Positions 38,335-50,000 of a stretch of 64,000 bases of DNA are shown one piece after another; position 1 is the stretch's first letter, and every line of letters begins with the position of its first letter. Below the pieces are notes generated by a model, which worked only from the letters and a program-made list of their open reading frames with translations, was not told the origin of the DNA and did not search any database. The translations under genes and the position numbers were made by a program. This DNA is from Ignavibacteriota bacterium (GTDB lineage Bacteria > Bacteroidota > Ignavibacteria > UBA10030), in contig CAVSHO010000009.1 in NCBI GenBank assembly GCA_963727825.1, positions 704,001-768,000 of the forward strand, read 5' to 3'.

Positions 38335-39911
38335 CGGAAGCCACCTCCGCCGCCAGGAGGTCGCTGACTTTGACTGGTGAGAGGACTTTGAACCTGCGTG
38401 GAGGCATCGCTGTTGTTAGATGTTGCACCGAGCACTATTTGATCACCCGGTTTCAATCTCGACGAATTGATCTCTGTGTATCTCCCATCATTCAATCCGG
38501 TTCTTACAAAAACCGATTCAAGCAATCCATTTGATTTTAGAATCCAGACTCTTCCTCTTCCAGATTGATGAGAAGGTATATATGCACCCTTCTGATACTC
38601 AGGATAATTTGAAACAATACCGAAGTTTTCTGCACCTCCGGACATTTTGGTTTTTGGTTTATTTAAAGTGGCTGGCACATTTTTCTGGGAGGCTCTTCTC
38701 GCGAACATTTTTTGCATTTCGGCACGGAAATCCTCTGAACTTAATTTACCGCCATGTGCAGATTGAATAGAGTCCCTGATTGCTCGGAAACGCGCCATGT
38801 CTGTCGCTGATGGTTGAAAGTTTTCATACTGTCCAGCACCCTCATTTTGTCCGTTCTGACCAAATGACTTTTGATTATCTGATGATTTGTTGTCTTTAGC
38901 TAAGGAAGGGCGGCCCGACTTTGAAGAGTCTGTTATGTTTTCTCCTCTTCCCATGAAACCGTTTCGCATTGAACCAATACCTGTTGTATCAATAATATCT
39001 GCTGATGGTTGAAATCGTAAGGCCATATTAGAGACTTTCAAAACATTGCTTGCGCTGGCAACGAAAATTTTAACATTTGCTGTAAGGCCTGGCATAAGTT
39101 TCAGTTGATCATTTTGAACGTCTATAACAACAATATAATTTACAACGTTTTGTATGGATTGCGGGGCAAGCCTAATTTGTGATACCGTGCCTGTGAATTT
39201 ATCATCAGGATACGCATCAACAGTGAATGTTGCTTCTTGTCCAATGCTAATTCTTCCAATATCCGTTTCATCAACAGTTGTCTCGACCTGCATTTTCTTC
39301 AGATCATTTGCAATTGTAAATAATGTTGGGGAGGAGAAACTCGCTGCTACTGTCTGGCCGATGTTAACAGCACGGTTGATCACTACGCCATCCATCGGAG
39401 CATAAATCGTTGCGTAAGCTAAATTGATTTTTGCCCTATCGAGTGCGGCTTCTGCAGATTTTAAGTTGGCTTCATTTGATTCGTTCGTTGTTAATGCCGC
39501 ATCATAATTGATCTGCGAATCGAGCCCGCGATCAAGCAGTGCTTTCTCCCTGTCAAGGTTCCTTTTGCTGTCTGCGTACTGCGCTTTTGCCTTGTCGAGA
39601 CTTGCTTCGGCATCAACAACTGATTGATAAAGAAATGTGGAATCGATCTGCGCAATGATTTGCCCTTTTTTAACAACAGAGTTAAAGTCTGCATAAAGTT
39701 TAGCAATGATTCCCGAAACCTGTGTGCCGACATCAACACTAATAACAGCGTTAATAGTGCCGGTCGCCGTTACAAAGACTGTCATGTCTCCTTGCGTAAC
39801 TTTATCAAACCGGAAACTGTAGCCTTGACTTCTATTTCTTGCAAAGAATAGAATTACTCCAATAATTATTACGACGATAACTGAACCATAAATAAGGAAC
39901 GACTTCTTCAT
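38331..39911 (-). CDS. MacA-like periplasmic adaptor (membrane fusion protein) with long insertion
   Basis: VGTQVSG, IYAPMDGVV, GQTVAAS, LMPGLTA. Confidence 0.92.
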   Translation of the reverse strand: MKKSFLIYGSVIVVIIIGVILFFARNRSQGYSFRFDKVTQGDMTVFVTATGTINAVISVDVGTQVSGIIAKLYADFNSVVKKGQIIAQIDSTFLYQSVVDAEASLDKAKAQYADSKRNLDREKALLDRGLDSQINYDAALTTNESNEANLKSAEAALDRAKINLAYATIYAPMDGVVINRAVNIGQTVAASFSSPTLFTIANDLKKMQVETTVDETDIGRISIGQEATFTVDAYPDDKFTGTVSQIRLAPQSIQNVVNYIVVIDVQNDQLKLMPGLTANVKIFVASASNVLKVSNMALRFQPSADIIDTTGIGSMRNGFMGRGENITDSSKSGRPSLAKDNKSSDNQKSFGQNGQNEGAGQYENFQPSATDMARFRAIRDSIQSAHGGKLSSEDFRAEMQKMFARRASQKNVPATLNKPKTKMSGGAENFGIVSNYPEYQKGAYIPSHQSGRGRVWILKSNGLLESVFVRTGLNDGRYTEINSSRLKPGDQIVLGATSNNSDASTQVQSPLTSQSQRPPGGGGGFR

Positions 39912-39963
39912 AATGAACTCCTAAGGAACCATTGATATAGGACATACACGTTGTCTGTAAATA

Positions 39964-39993
39964 TTAGACGAATCTTGACAGGAAAAGTTTTTC
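39964..39993 (-). promoter_or_regulatory. ECF-sigma-type promoter of the MacAB-like operon
   Basis: Minus strand GAAAAAC-N16-CGTCTAA. Confidence 0.55.
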
Positions 39994-40372
39994 AATCTGG
40001 GCCGGAATTAATTAATGTTTTTTCATTTCAGGCTATGATATAGAAATACGTACCCATACGGAAAACCTTACAAATATATAATCGAAACGCGCAGATTAAC
40101 TTTCTTTTGGCATCGATGAATCTGATATAACTATTATTGTGGTGGCGTTTTAATTAGTTCAGTTTGTTTTGATAAATATTTTGGATACATTTCTCCCTGT
40201 GTAGATATTAAAACGCCCGAAATATCGCGGAATACGCACTTTCAGGAAAGCAGCATTAAAAATTTTCGCATAACTGAAAAGCAGGGGGCGGTTTTATGCT
40301 AAAGCAATCATATCACAGATCGGTACATTTATTGCCTATTAAGTGATAGATTTATCAAGAAACTGTCATGTC

Positions 40373-40735
40373 ATGCATGAACTTTCTATTGCACAAAACA
40401 TTATAGAGATAATTCAGCAACATGTTCCTGAATTGGAATGGGAACGCGTCACTGTGGTGCGCTTAAAAATCGGTGCAGTTGCCGGTATAGTACCTGAGTC
40501 GCTGGAGTTTTCATTTCGGGCAATTACGGCAGAATCTTTACTTAGTCACACTCGGTTAGAAATTGAATCTGTTCCATTTCGCATTCATTGTAATGCTTGC
40601 GATACGACAACAGAAAACGAAGATGGATTTGCATTGTGCGGTAATTGTGGAAGCACGGACACGAAAATGCTATCGGGATCAGAGCTGAACATCAGTGAAA
40701 TTGAGATAGCGGAACCAGAAGTGGAATTGCTATGA
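40373..40735 (+). CDS. hypA: Hydrogenase nickel metallochaperone
   Basis: MHELSIA start, two CxxC motifs. Confidence 0.96.
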   Translation: MHELSIAQNIIEIIQQHVPELEWERVTVVRLKIGAVAGIVPESLEFSFRAITAESLLSHTRLEIESVPFRIHCNACDTTTENEDGFALCGNCGSTDTKMLSGSELNISEIEIAEPEVELL

Positions 40736-41391
40736 GTATTCTTACTGTCGAACGAAAAGTGTTAGAGAAGAATGACGAGCTTGCAGCAAAAAACCGTAAA
40801 CTCTTTCAACACCATGGTACGTTCGTATTAAATATTGTTAGCTCTCCGGGTTCTGGTAAAACAAGTATTTTAGAACGAACACTAGAGCTCCTGAAAGACA
40901 ATCTCCGCATCGCGGTTATTGAAGGCGATGTACAAACGGATTTTGACGCGCAGCGTGTGGCAAAGTTCGGCGTACCGGTTGTTCAAATTATCACAAATGG
41001 AGGATGCCATCTTGACGCAAAATTGGTGCAGGATGCGCTTGGTAATATTGACTTGAAAGGAATTCAACTGCTCGTCATCGAAAATGTAGGCAATCTGGTA
41101 TGCCCCGCTAACTACGATCTGGGGGAACACGTAAAAGTTGTAGTGGCGAGTACAACAGAAGGAGACGATAAACCATTGAAGTATCCGTCAATGTTCCGAA
41201 ACGCTTCTGTTCTTCTTGTTAATAAAATTGATTTGATACCATACATAAATTGTAATATTAATGAGTTAAAAAACAATGCTCTCCGGATCAATCCAGCATT
41301 AAATGTATTTGAAACATCATGCACAACAAAACAAGGTATTGATTTGTGGTGCGCCTGGTTAGAAAAACAGGTAAAGAGCATTTCATCATGA
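40732..41391 (+). CDS. hypB: Hydrogenase nickel-insertion GTPase
   Basis: SPGSGKT, GGCHL, ENVGNLVCP, DDKPLKYP, NKIDL. Confidence 0.97.
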   Translation: MSILTVERKVLEKNDELAAKNRKLFQHHGTFVLNIVSSPGSGKTSILERTLELLKDNLRIAVIEGDVQTDFDAQRVAKFGVPVVQIITNGGCHLDAKLVQDALGNIDLKGIQLLVIENVGNLVCPANYDLGEHVKVVVASTTEGDDKPLKYPSMFRNASVLLVNKIDLIPYINCNINELKNNALRINPALNVFETSCTTKQGIDLWCAWLEKQVKSISS

Positions 41392-41444
41392 ACAAATTAT
41401 CCCTCAAGTAATATGGGACTCAAACAACAGGCAATGAATTAAGA

Positions 41445-41975
41445 ATGAAAATTATGGCACAATTAGAAACAAAAACAGCAAATCATCCAAGCGGTGATAA
41501 TCGGTTTAAGCTGCTCGACCGAGCAATCACCAAGTATCATGGAAGTGGTTATGCATTAATTGAGATTTTGCATGTAGCGCAGGGCATTTTTGGATTTATT
41601 GAAAATGATCTGATGGTGTATATTGCCAATGCACTGAAGCTTCCACTCAGCCGTGTGTACGGTGTAGCAACATTTTATCATTTCTTCCGCTTAAAACCAC
41701 AAGGTGAACATACCTTCGTACTTTGCACTGGTACAGCATGTTATGTGAAGGGTGCAAACGAAATTCAAAAAGCTGTTGAACATCACTGCAAATGTAAGTT
41801 CGGCGAGACAACAAAGGACAACAAAGTTTCGCTCATCTCGGCGCGCTGTGTCGGTTCGTGCGGATTGGCTCCGGTTTCTGTACTCGATGATTCTGTAGCC
41901 GGCAAAGTGACGCCCGATGAAGCTGTGAAACGCATAAAGCATTGGCAGGAAGAAAAAAAGGAGGTTGCAGCATGA
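41445..41975 (+). CDS. hoxE: Bidirectional hydrogenase diaphorase subunit HoxE (NuoE-like)
   Basis: [24 protein letters not shown] [2Fe-2S] ligands. Confidence 0.93.
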   Translation: MKIMAQLETKTANHPSGDNRFKLLDRAITKYHGSGYALIEILHVAQGIFGFIENDLMVYIANALKLPLSRVYGVATFYHFFRLKPQGEHTFVLCTGTACYVKGANEIQKAVEHHCKCKFGETTKDNKVSLISARCVGSCGLAPVSVLDDSVAGKVTPDEAVKRIKHWQEEKKEVAA

Positions 41976-43633
41976 CAATAGAAGATCTCCGTGAGTTAGC
42001 AGAAAAGGAACAAACACGGCAGGCACAATTTGAACACCGTATTTTGTTTTGTTCGTCTGCCGGTTGTGTTTCAAGTGGATGCGACGCAGTGAAAGCCGAG
42101 ATGAAGAAAACAATTGAAGAGTTAGGGTTGACTAAGAAATGCGAATTGATCGGAACTGGCTGTCTTGGTCTCTGCGGTGAAGGTCCCCTGGTGTTTGTGC
42201 ATTCCGATCCGACACTCTATCAGCATGTAGATGCGAAAGTGGCGCGTCGTATCGTGGAAGAACATATTGGCCAGGGAAAGAAAGTAAAAGAGAACGAGAT
42301 TGATTTAAATGATTCATTCTTTTCTTCGCAGAAGAAAATTGTGCTGGAAAACATGGGCAAGATCAATGCCGAGAGCATCGAAGAGTACATCGCGGCAGGC
42401 GGATACGAAGCACTTGCCAAGGTGCTCACCGAATTGACACCGGAAGAAGTAATCGGCGAAGTTCGCAAGGCCGGATTACGCGGAAGAGGCGGTGCAGGTT
42501 ACCCAACAGGATTAAAATGGGATATAGTCCGCAAAGGTGTAGCAGATCAAAAGTATGTTATTTGCAATGCCGATGAAGGAGACCCTGGTGCATTTATGGA
42601 TCGCAGCGTTCTCGAAGGTGATCCGCATCGCGTGTTGGAAGGCATGGCTATTGCCGGATATGCGGTTGGTGCAAGCCAGGGATTCATATATGTACGGGCA
42701 GAATACCCACTTGCTATCGAACGGCTAAAGACAGCAATCAAGCAAGCCGAACGACTTGGACTGCTTGGAAATAGAATTTTTGAATCGCAATTCAACTTCC
42801 GTATTGATATTCGCATTGGCGCTGGTGCATTTGTTTGTGGTGAAGAAACAGCTTTAATGCGATCTATTATGGGGCGCCGCGGCCGTCCGAAAGTGCGGCC
42901 ACCGTATCCGTCGGAAAAAGGATTGTGGGACAAACCCACGCTAATTAATAATGTCGAAACGTATGCCAATATTACGCCAATTCTTGCACGCGGAAGCGCT
43001 TGGTTCACAGGAATTGGTACTCCAAAAAGCCCCGGCACAAAAGTTTTTGCGCTTGCGGGAAAAATTAACCGTAATGGCCTTGTTGAAGTACCGATGGGCA
43101 TTCCACTGAGAAAAATTATTTTCGACATCGGCGGAGGAACTCCGGAAGGAACTGAATTTAAAGCAGCGCAAACCGGCGGACCTTCCGGCGGCTGTATTCC
43201 GAAAGAACATCTCGACCTACCAGTTGATTATGAATCGCTCCAAGCAGTTGGTTCGATCATGGGCAGCGGTGGAATGATCATTATGGATGACACTTCTGAC
43301 ATGGTAGATGTAGCTAAATATTTTATGGATTTTTGTATGGACGAATCGTGCGGCAAGTGTATTCCTTGCCGCGTTGGGACAAAACATATCTATATGCTAC
43401 TCGACAAGATTGTCAACCGTAAAGCGACGCAAGAAGAATTTGAATTATTGAAAGAACTTTGTGTTATGGTAAAAGAGACAAGTCTCTGCGGTCTTGGCCA
43501 AGCAGCGCCGAACCCTGTCCTTTCCACCATTCGATTCTTCAAAGAAGAATATATATCCAAACTGAAAGCTGCGACAGAATTTAATGCAAATGACAGCGAT
43601 CACTCGCCAGCATCTGCCGCGAAGGAGGCATAA
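41972..43633 (+). CDS. hoxF: Diaphorase flavoprotein subunit HoxF (NuoF-like)
   Basis: ATG at 41972 overlaps the hoxE stop; [35 protein letters not shown]. Confidence 0.95.
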   Translation: MTIEDLRELAEKEQTRQAQFEHRILFCSSAGCVSSGCDAVKAEMKKTIEELGLTKKCELIGTGCLGLCGEGPLVFVHSDPTLYQHVDAKVARRIVEEHIGQGKKVKENEIDLNDSFFSSQKKIVLENMGKINAESIEEYIAAGGYEALAKVLTELTPEEVIGEVRKAGLRGRGGAGYPTGLKWDIVRKGVADQKYVICNADEGDPGAFMDRSVLEGDPHRVLEGMAIAGYAVGASQGFIYVRAEYPLAIERLKTAIKQAERLGLLGNRIFESQFNFRIDIRIGAGAFVCGEETALMRSIMGRRGRPKVRPPYPSEKGLWDKPTLINNVETYANITPILARGSAWFTGIGTPKSPGTKVFALAGKINRNGLVEVPMGIPLRKIIFDIGGGTPEGTEFKAAQTGGPSGGCIPKEHLDLPVDYESLQAVGSIMGSGGMIIMDDTSDMVDVAKYFMDFCMDESCGKCIPCRVGTKHIYMLLDKIVNRKATQEEFELLKELCVMVKETSLCGLGQAAPNPVLSTIRFFKEEYISKLKAATEFNANDSDHSPASAAKEA

Positions 43634-43636
43634 CAC

Positions 43637-44371
43637 ATGTCAGTTATTACATTTGTCATAGATGAAGAACACTATAGTGCTCAAGAAGGAGATACAATAC
43701 TTCAGGTTGCACGTGATAATAAAATTCATATTCCCACCTTGTGTTATCTTGATGGTTTGTCCACTATTGGCGCTTGTCGATTATGTGTAGTAGAAATCGA
43801 AGGATCGCCAAAATTGTTTCCTGCGTGTACGACAAAACCCACTGAAGGCATCATCGTTCACACTAATACTGAACGGCTGAAAAAATATCGACGGATGATT
43901 GTAGAACTTTTGGCATCTGAAGGAAACCATGAATGTGCTGTTTGTGTGGTCAATGGGCATTGTGAGTTGCAAAATTTGGCATACGAAGTCGGCCTCGACC
44001 ACGTGCGCTTCACCTATCTATTTCCACATAAATCTCTCGATGCCACACACAAAGAATTTGTGCTGGATAGAAATCGCTGCGTCTTGTGTACGCGCTGCGT
44101 GCGTGTCTGCCATGAAGTTGAAGGTGCGCACGTTTGGGATATTGCTGGCAGGGGAATCGATTGTGAAATCATTGCTGAACTTAATCAGCCATGGGGAACA
44201 TCGGAAAGCTGTACCTCTTGTGGTAAATGCGTTCGTGTCTGCCCGACAGGCGCGTTATTTGAGAAAGGCGCTTCAATTGGCGAGATGCAAAAAGAACGTG
44301 GATTTATTAAGTATATCGTAAATGCGCGCAATAAGCGCGAGTGGGTACACACAGCTCAAGAAGATGAATAA
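43637..44371 (+). CDS. hoxU: Diaphorase Fe-S subunit HoxU
   Basis: IPTLC, GACRLC, HECAVC, CVLCTRC, CTSCGKC. Confidence 0.95.
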   Translation: MSVITFVIDEEHYSAQEGDTILQVARDNKIHIPTLCYLDGLSTIGACRLCVVEIEGSPKLFPACTTKPTEGIIVHTNTERLKKYRRMIVELLASEGNHECAVCVVNGHCELQNLAYEVGLDHVRFTYLFPHKSLDATHKEFVLDRNRCVLCTRCVRVCHEVEGAHVWDIAGRGIDCEIIAELNQPWGTSESCTSCGKCVRVCPTGALFEKGASIGEMQKERGFIKYIVNARNKREWVHTAQEDE

Positions 44372-44449
44372 GATCGATGTAAAATAAATAATTGTTGAAT
44401 AAAAAAATGTAGTGAAAACGGAAACTGAAAACTCTCAACGAGAATAATT

Positions 44450-44986
44450 ATGAAACCAAGAGTAGCAACAGTATGGCTTGGAGGATGTTCCGGCTGTCAT
44501 ATGTCGTTTCTCGATTTAGACGAACGGCTTATTGAGCTTGCAGACAAGATTGAACTTGTCTATTCTCCATTTGCTGATGTGAAAGAATTTCCACAGAATG
44601 TTGATGTCGCACTCGTTGAAGGCGCAATTGCAAACATCGAAAACGAAGAGTTGGCGCATATCGTTCGGAAAAATTCTCGCATTATTATGGCATTCGGTGA
44701 CTGTGCAACGACCGGCAATGTAACTGCAATGAGGAATCCGATACCACTTGAAGAAGTTGAGCGGCGCTCATACATTGAACTTGCAGACAAGAATCCGCAA
44801 ATACCCGATGAATATACAACTATTGCCCAGCTTCTAAAAACAGCGCGGCCGTTGCACGAAGTTATCAAAGTAGACGTATGGCTGCATGGTTGTCCGCCAA
44901 CCGCCGATCAAATTTGGTTCGCTGTGAATGAATTACTGCAAGGTAAAATTCCTGTGTTGCCGCCGGCATATTTACGGTACGGATAA
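44450..44986 (+). CDS. hoxY: [NiFe] hydrogenase small subunit HoxY
   Basis: GCSGCHMS, GDCA, GCPP; short (178 aa). Confidence 0.95.
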   Translation: MKPRVATVWLGGCSGCHMSFLDLDERLIELADKIELVYSPFADVKEFPQNVDVALVEGAIANIENEELAHIVRKNSRIIMAFGDCATTGNVTAMRNPIPLEEVERRSYIELADKNPQIPDEYTTIAQLLKTARPLHEVIKVDVWLHGCPPTADQIWFAVNELLQGKIPVLPPAYLRYG

Positions 44987-45059
44987 TCGGATATCTAGAG
45001 CACGTTCCTTTATGAAATTTATAAAGGCAAAAATATTAATTGATTGAACTGAGAAAAAT

Positions 45060-46493
45060 ATGTCAAAAACAATAACATTAGCGCCTGTGACTCGCATCGA
45101 GGGTCACGCAAAGATCACTATTCAGTTGGATGATAACAGCGATGTCTTAGATGCTAAATTTCATGTAAATGAATTTCGGGGATTCGAAAAGTTCACGGAA
45201 GGCAGATTACTCTGGGAAATGCCGGGTATTACATCGCGAATTTGTGGTATCTGTCCGGCCAGCCATCTTTTAACATCGGCAAAAGCCGGTGATGATATTC
45301 TTGCGGTAGAAATTCCGGAGACCGCCGAGAAATTACGCCGCCTGCTAACGCTCGCACAGTGGCTGCAATCTCACGCGCTCAGTTTTTTCCATCTTTCTGC
45401 ACCGGATTTTCTGCTGGGCTTCGATTCCAATCCGGCAACGAGAAATGTGTTCGGCCTTATCGCTGCCGATAAAGAATTTGCAAAGCGTGGTATTCGTTTG
45501 CGAAAGTTTGGTCAGGAAATCATCGAGATTCTTGGCAGCCGCCGCATCCATACACCGTGGACGGTTCCGGGCGGTGTTCGCGAACCGCTCGATCCTGCAA
45601 AGAAAGATTATATGCTCGGCTGGATTCCTGAAGCGAAAGAAACTGTCGGGCTTGCTTTGGATGCGGTAAAGAAAATACATAAGAAGTTTGCAAAAGAAAT
45701 TCCAGAGTTCGGTAATTTCCGCTCACTACTTGTCGGACTTGTTTCTAAAGATGGCGGACTTGAGTACTATGACGGTTTTCTTCGCATTATGGATGGAAAT
45801 GGAAATACAATTGCCGACAAATTAGATCCAAAGAAGTTTTTTGAATACTTTGGTGAAGCAGTAGAGCCGTGGTCCTATTTGAAATTCCCGTACTATAAGC
45901 CGTTCGATTATCCAAAAGGAATGTACCGGGTTGGCCCATTGGCACGCTTGAACATTTGCGATTACATAGAAACACCGCTGGCAGAAGCTGAACGAAAGGT
46001 CTTTAAAAAGCTTGGCGGGAACGTTGGTGTTGTGAATAACTCATTCTATTATCATTATGCCCGCTGCATTGAAATGCTCTTTGCGGTAGAGAAAATAGAA
46101 ATGCTGCTAAACGATCCTGCAATTCTTGGTACAAATATTCGCTCTATGGCATCCATAAATAGGAGCGAGGGTGTCGGTTGTACCGAAGCGCCTCGCGGCA
46201 TCTTGTTCCACCATTACCACGTAAATAAAGACGGTGTTATCCAGAAAGCAAATCTTGTCATTGCGACAGCGCAGAATAATATAGCAATGAATCGTACTGT
46301 CCGCCAGATTGCGACGCATTTTATCGACGGCAAGAAAGGAAAAATTACAGAAGGCATTTTGAATCGTGTTGAAGCTGGAATCCGCTGTTACGATCCTTGC
46401 TTATCGTGTTCAACGCATGCGCTTGGCCAGATGCCGTTGCATGTAGAATTGGTAAATGCAAATGGAAAGGTACCTGACGAAGTTCGGCGATGA
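45060..46493 (+). CDS. hoxH: [NiFe] hydrogenase large subunit HoxH (group 3d)
   Basis: RIEGH, L1 RICGICP, EAPRG, L2 DPCLSCSTH with C-terminal extension. Confidence 0.96.
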   Translation: MSKTITLAPVTRIEGHAKITIQLDDNSDVLDAKFHVNEFRGFEKFTEGRLLWEMPGITSRICGICPASHLLTSAKAGDDILAVEIPETAEKLRRLLTLAQWLQSHALSFFHLSAPDFLLGFDSNPATRNVFGLIAADKEFAKRGIRLRKFGQEIIEILGSRRIHTPWTVPGGVREPLDPAKKDYMLGWIPEAKETVGLALDAVKKIHKKFAKEIPEFGNFRSLLVGLVSKDGGLEYYDGFLRIMDGNGNTIADKLDPKKFFEYFGEAVEPWSYLKFPYYKPFDYPKGMYRVGPLARLNICDYIETPLAEAERKVFKKLGGNVGVVNNSFYYHYARCIEMLFAVEKIEMLLNDPAILGTNIRSMASINRSEGVGCTEAPRGILFHHYHVNKDGVIQKANLVIATAQNNIAMNRTVRQIATHFIDGKKGKITEGILNRVEAGIRCYDPCLSCSTHALGQMPLHVELVNANGKVPDEVRR

Positions 46494-46924
46494 GCAAAAT
46501 ACTCGTCATCGGTTATGGCAACACGCTTCGTGGCGACGATGCGGCGGGCGTTCATGCCGCCGAGTTGATTGCAAAACACCATCCTGAAATCATCTGTGTT
46601 TGTGTGCACCAGCTTATGCCTGAATTAGCGGAACAGATAGCTGAATGCAACATTGTCTTCTTTATCGATGCGCAAAAAGATATCACTGAAACGAATGTAC
46701 GGCTTGTTACGCCCAATGTCGAGGCAGATCAGCCGCGCACTCATTTTATCTCGCCAGAATCTCTTCTTGCTCTGACTCAACAATTATACCAGCATTTACC
46801 AGCCAAGACATACGTGGTCGGTATCCCCGCATCACAGTTTGAATTCAGCGAAAAGCTTTCCGCACAAACAGATCAAGCAATGCATGAATGTGTTAGTTTA
46901 GTAGAAAAATACTTGACGCTATAA
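46490..46924 (+). CDS. hoxW: Hydrogenase maturation protease
   Basis: [25 protein letters not shown]. Confidence 0.9.
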   Translation: MSKILVIGYGNTLRGDDAAGVHAAELIAKHHPEIICVCVHQLMPELAEQIAECNIVFFIDAQKDITETNVRLVTPNVEADQPRTHFISPESLLALTQQLYQHLPAKTYVVGIPASQFEFSEKLSAQTDQAMHECVSLVEKYLTL

Positions 46925-46927
46925 ATA

Positions 46928-46961
46928 AAAACGGTCATCGTATTTCTACGACAACCATTTT
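46928..46961 (-). terminator. Terminator between converging hoxW and peptidase genes
   Basis: Minus-strand RNA AAAAUGGUUGUCGUA-GAAA-UACGAUGACCGUUUU pairs fully with G-U. Confidence 0.65.
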
Positions 46962-47068
46962 TCTATTCAAGAGATATGTGTTTTTCCGGAAAAATTATTT
47001 CTTCGACATAATTAATAGAAGTGCGATCGCAACATAACTATGATTAGACTTCACCCTTTGTGTGTATG

Positions 47069-50000
47069 CTATCTCGCTATCAATTTAACTTGGGTAATTT
47101 GATTTATTCCTTCTCTGGAAAATGTTACTTCAACTATATCCCCCGGTTGGAAATTCTTCAAAGCATCTGAGTATTCACGTAAATTTGTTACTTCGTACTT
47201 GTCAATTTTCAAAATGACATCGCCTTTTTGCAGGCCTGCTTTCGCTGCCGGAGAATCCGGCGAACGATCCGCGATCCGAACTCCTGTGCCAGAATATTCA
47301 AAATCCGGCATACTACCTGTCGTGACTTTTCTCTCGCTATTGGTTTGAGGCTTCTTCGCTTCTGTCACCACCTGGCCTTGAAACGTAAGCGCACCTTCTC
47401 GATCAGCGAGATAGAGAATTGCTTCGCGAGCAACAGTTGCAACCTTCACTAACCCGGCTCCGTCAATCTTATCGGGAGTATCTGTGGGCTTGTGGTAATC
47501 CTCGTATGCACCGGCAAAGAATTGAACGCCAGGAACTCCGACGGCTATGAAGCTTCGTTCATCGCTCGCATCAAGATCCTGTGTCACCATTTCTGATTCC
47601 ACTCCCGTGGCATAGCCCGCTCCCATAAAGATAAATTTCCATTCACGAGCACTATTACTGCTTAATATGAGGAGTTTCTTGGCACCTAACCGGCCTACTG
47701 CATCAAAGTTCAAAACTCCGACAGCCTTCTTTGCAGGGAATCGTTTCATAGTGTTGACATAATATTTTGATCCGACACGTCCTTCTTCTTCATTTGTAAA
47801 GGCAATAAAGACAATCGTCCGTTGCGGATTCAAAGTTTTTCCGAGCAATCCAGCGATTTCCAGCATAACCGCGACACCACTCGCATTATCATCTGCACCG
47901 GGATGAATCTTTCCCACGTTCCCAGCACTTCCTCCCGGCCATCCAAGACCGAGATGATCGTAGTGTGCACAGATCACAACCGATTCATCACTCAATTTTT
48001 GATTCACACCGGGAATAATGCCTATAATGTTTTTGACTGGCGACTTTGTTCCTTTTTGATCGACTACATCGTCCCAAGTTTGAGTGTAACTCCCATCATC
48101 TGAGCCTGGCTGCAATCCAGCTTGCTTGAATTTCTCCACAATATAATCGGCTGCTTTTGCTATGCCTGCAGAACCAGGTGCTCTACCAGCCAATTCTGGA
48201 CTTGCAAGAAAATTCACCGTGTTCAGCATTCTCTCTGCAGAAAAAACAGGAGCCAGTACTGCAAGAGCTTTGCGCGCAGGAAGTTCCGTATATACATGCT
48301 TCTCCTCCGGTGCAATTCGTGCAACTAACGGAGAATTGGATGATTCCCACTCCCCCTTTTCTATATTCGTCGGTTCGTTTCCTTCAAACACGAGATAGCT
48401 ATACTTGCCATAATGTGGCAGTTTCTTGGCAAGCCCTTGAGCAGCTTCCTTACTGTCGGTTGATAACAGGACCAGAACTGCCGATGGGTTCTTCGGATTT
48501 CGAACAGAAATGATATAACTATTCATATTCCTCTTGTAAGTAGCATTCCCAAGCCGTACAGATTCAGCTGTTATTTCTGCATGATACTCCTTGAGCCCTT
48601 CTTTCACAGTTGACGCATATATATTTTCCATTCCAAAGATCCAAACATTTTCGTCCGCTGGAAGTTTGGGAAGTTCACGATCTAATAAAATCCGGATTCT
48701 TTTCGTAGAGTCGTTTGCCCAGGCTTTTGCCAATCCCCGATAATATTCCAGACTCCGCTGATCCGCTTTCGATGGCAAAAGGATCAGTAACTCTTCTGAT
48801 CCAAAAATCTTAGACAGCGAAGGTGGAATTTCATTATAATGCAGTTTACGGAATATGTCAAACTGAGGATCAATCCGTACGAGCAACGGATTTTCCGGAA
48901 GATCCAACTCGAACGTCTGTTCCTTCTGCGTCATCGCCACATTCTTGATCTCGGCTTTTTTTTCATAAGAGATTACAACCGGGATGTCAAGTATAAAAGC
49001 ATCGTCGTTTTGGACTTGCTTGAGAGTAAACTGAAGGTGATAGCTATTTTTGCTTTCCATACACTGAACATTTGAGAGATTGAGTTCAGGTGCTCCTTTT
49101 CGTTCTACCCATTGATCAAAGAATGGTTTTAGATCTTTGCCAGTTACACCTTCAAACGCGAGGCGGATGCTGTTAAAGGATGCTGCCTTGAACTTGTTAT
49201 CTCGATTGAATTTTTGAAAACCCTTCACAAAAGATTCGTCTCCTACCAAAACACGCAACATGTCCCACATCATCATGCTTTTTCCATATCCAATAGCTTC
49301 GGACGATGAATTGCTTCGCGATGTGAATTTATTCAATGGAAAATCGTTGGTTGGATTAACATAATCCGTGTAATTCTGGAGTGCCGTGCGCCGATATTCT
49401 GCTCCTTGCCCGCGCTGTTCTGCGATTAAATGATCAGCCATATACACCGTAAGACCTTCACACCAGTTCCCAGAATTGAAATCGACATACACACTATTGC
49501 CCCAGTAATTATGCAGAAGTTCATGCGGATAAGAAGAATTCAGGATGAAGGGGAAGCGAATGATTTGCTCTCCGAGAAGCGTGAATGATGGCATGCCGTA
49601 GCCTGTTTCCCAAAAGTTCTCTACGAGCGCAAACTTGGTAAACGGATATGGGCCTATGAGCTTTCGATACATTTCGAGATACTGGGCTGTCGTTTCGAGG
49701 TACTTGTTCGCAAGCGCTTCATCAGGGGTACGCAGGAATGCCATGACATCGGTCGCGCCGGCGGAGAGTGCATATTCCTTGAAACGAGCCGCAATCAGAT
49801 ACGCTTCTTCCATCAGCTCCGGTGAATCCCATCTGGAAACACGAACACCATTTTTTATTTCATGGAAAATCCTTTTCCCTTGGCTGACAACCTCCCAAGG
49901 ATCTGACATTGTCGTTGTCAATTCGAAAGTGATCAACTCTTTATTGAACCACGGAATCCAATATGTCGATCCCGCAAGATAGACGCCCTTTGCATCAATT

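Noticed and set aside
40341-40358. AAGTGATAGATTTATCAA, a Rex/FNR-like site before hypA
   Set aside because: Too many mismatches to either consensus in AT-rich DNA; plausible but unsupported.
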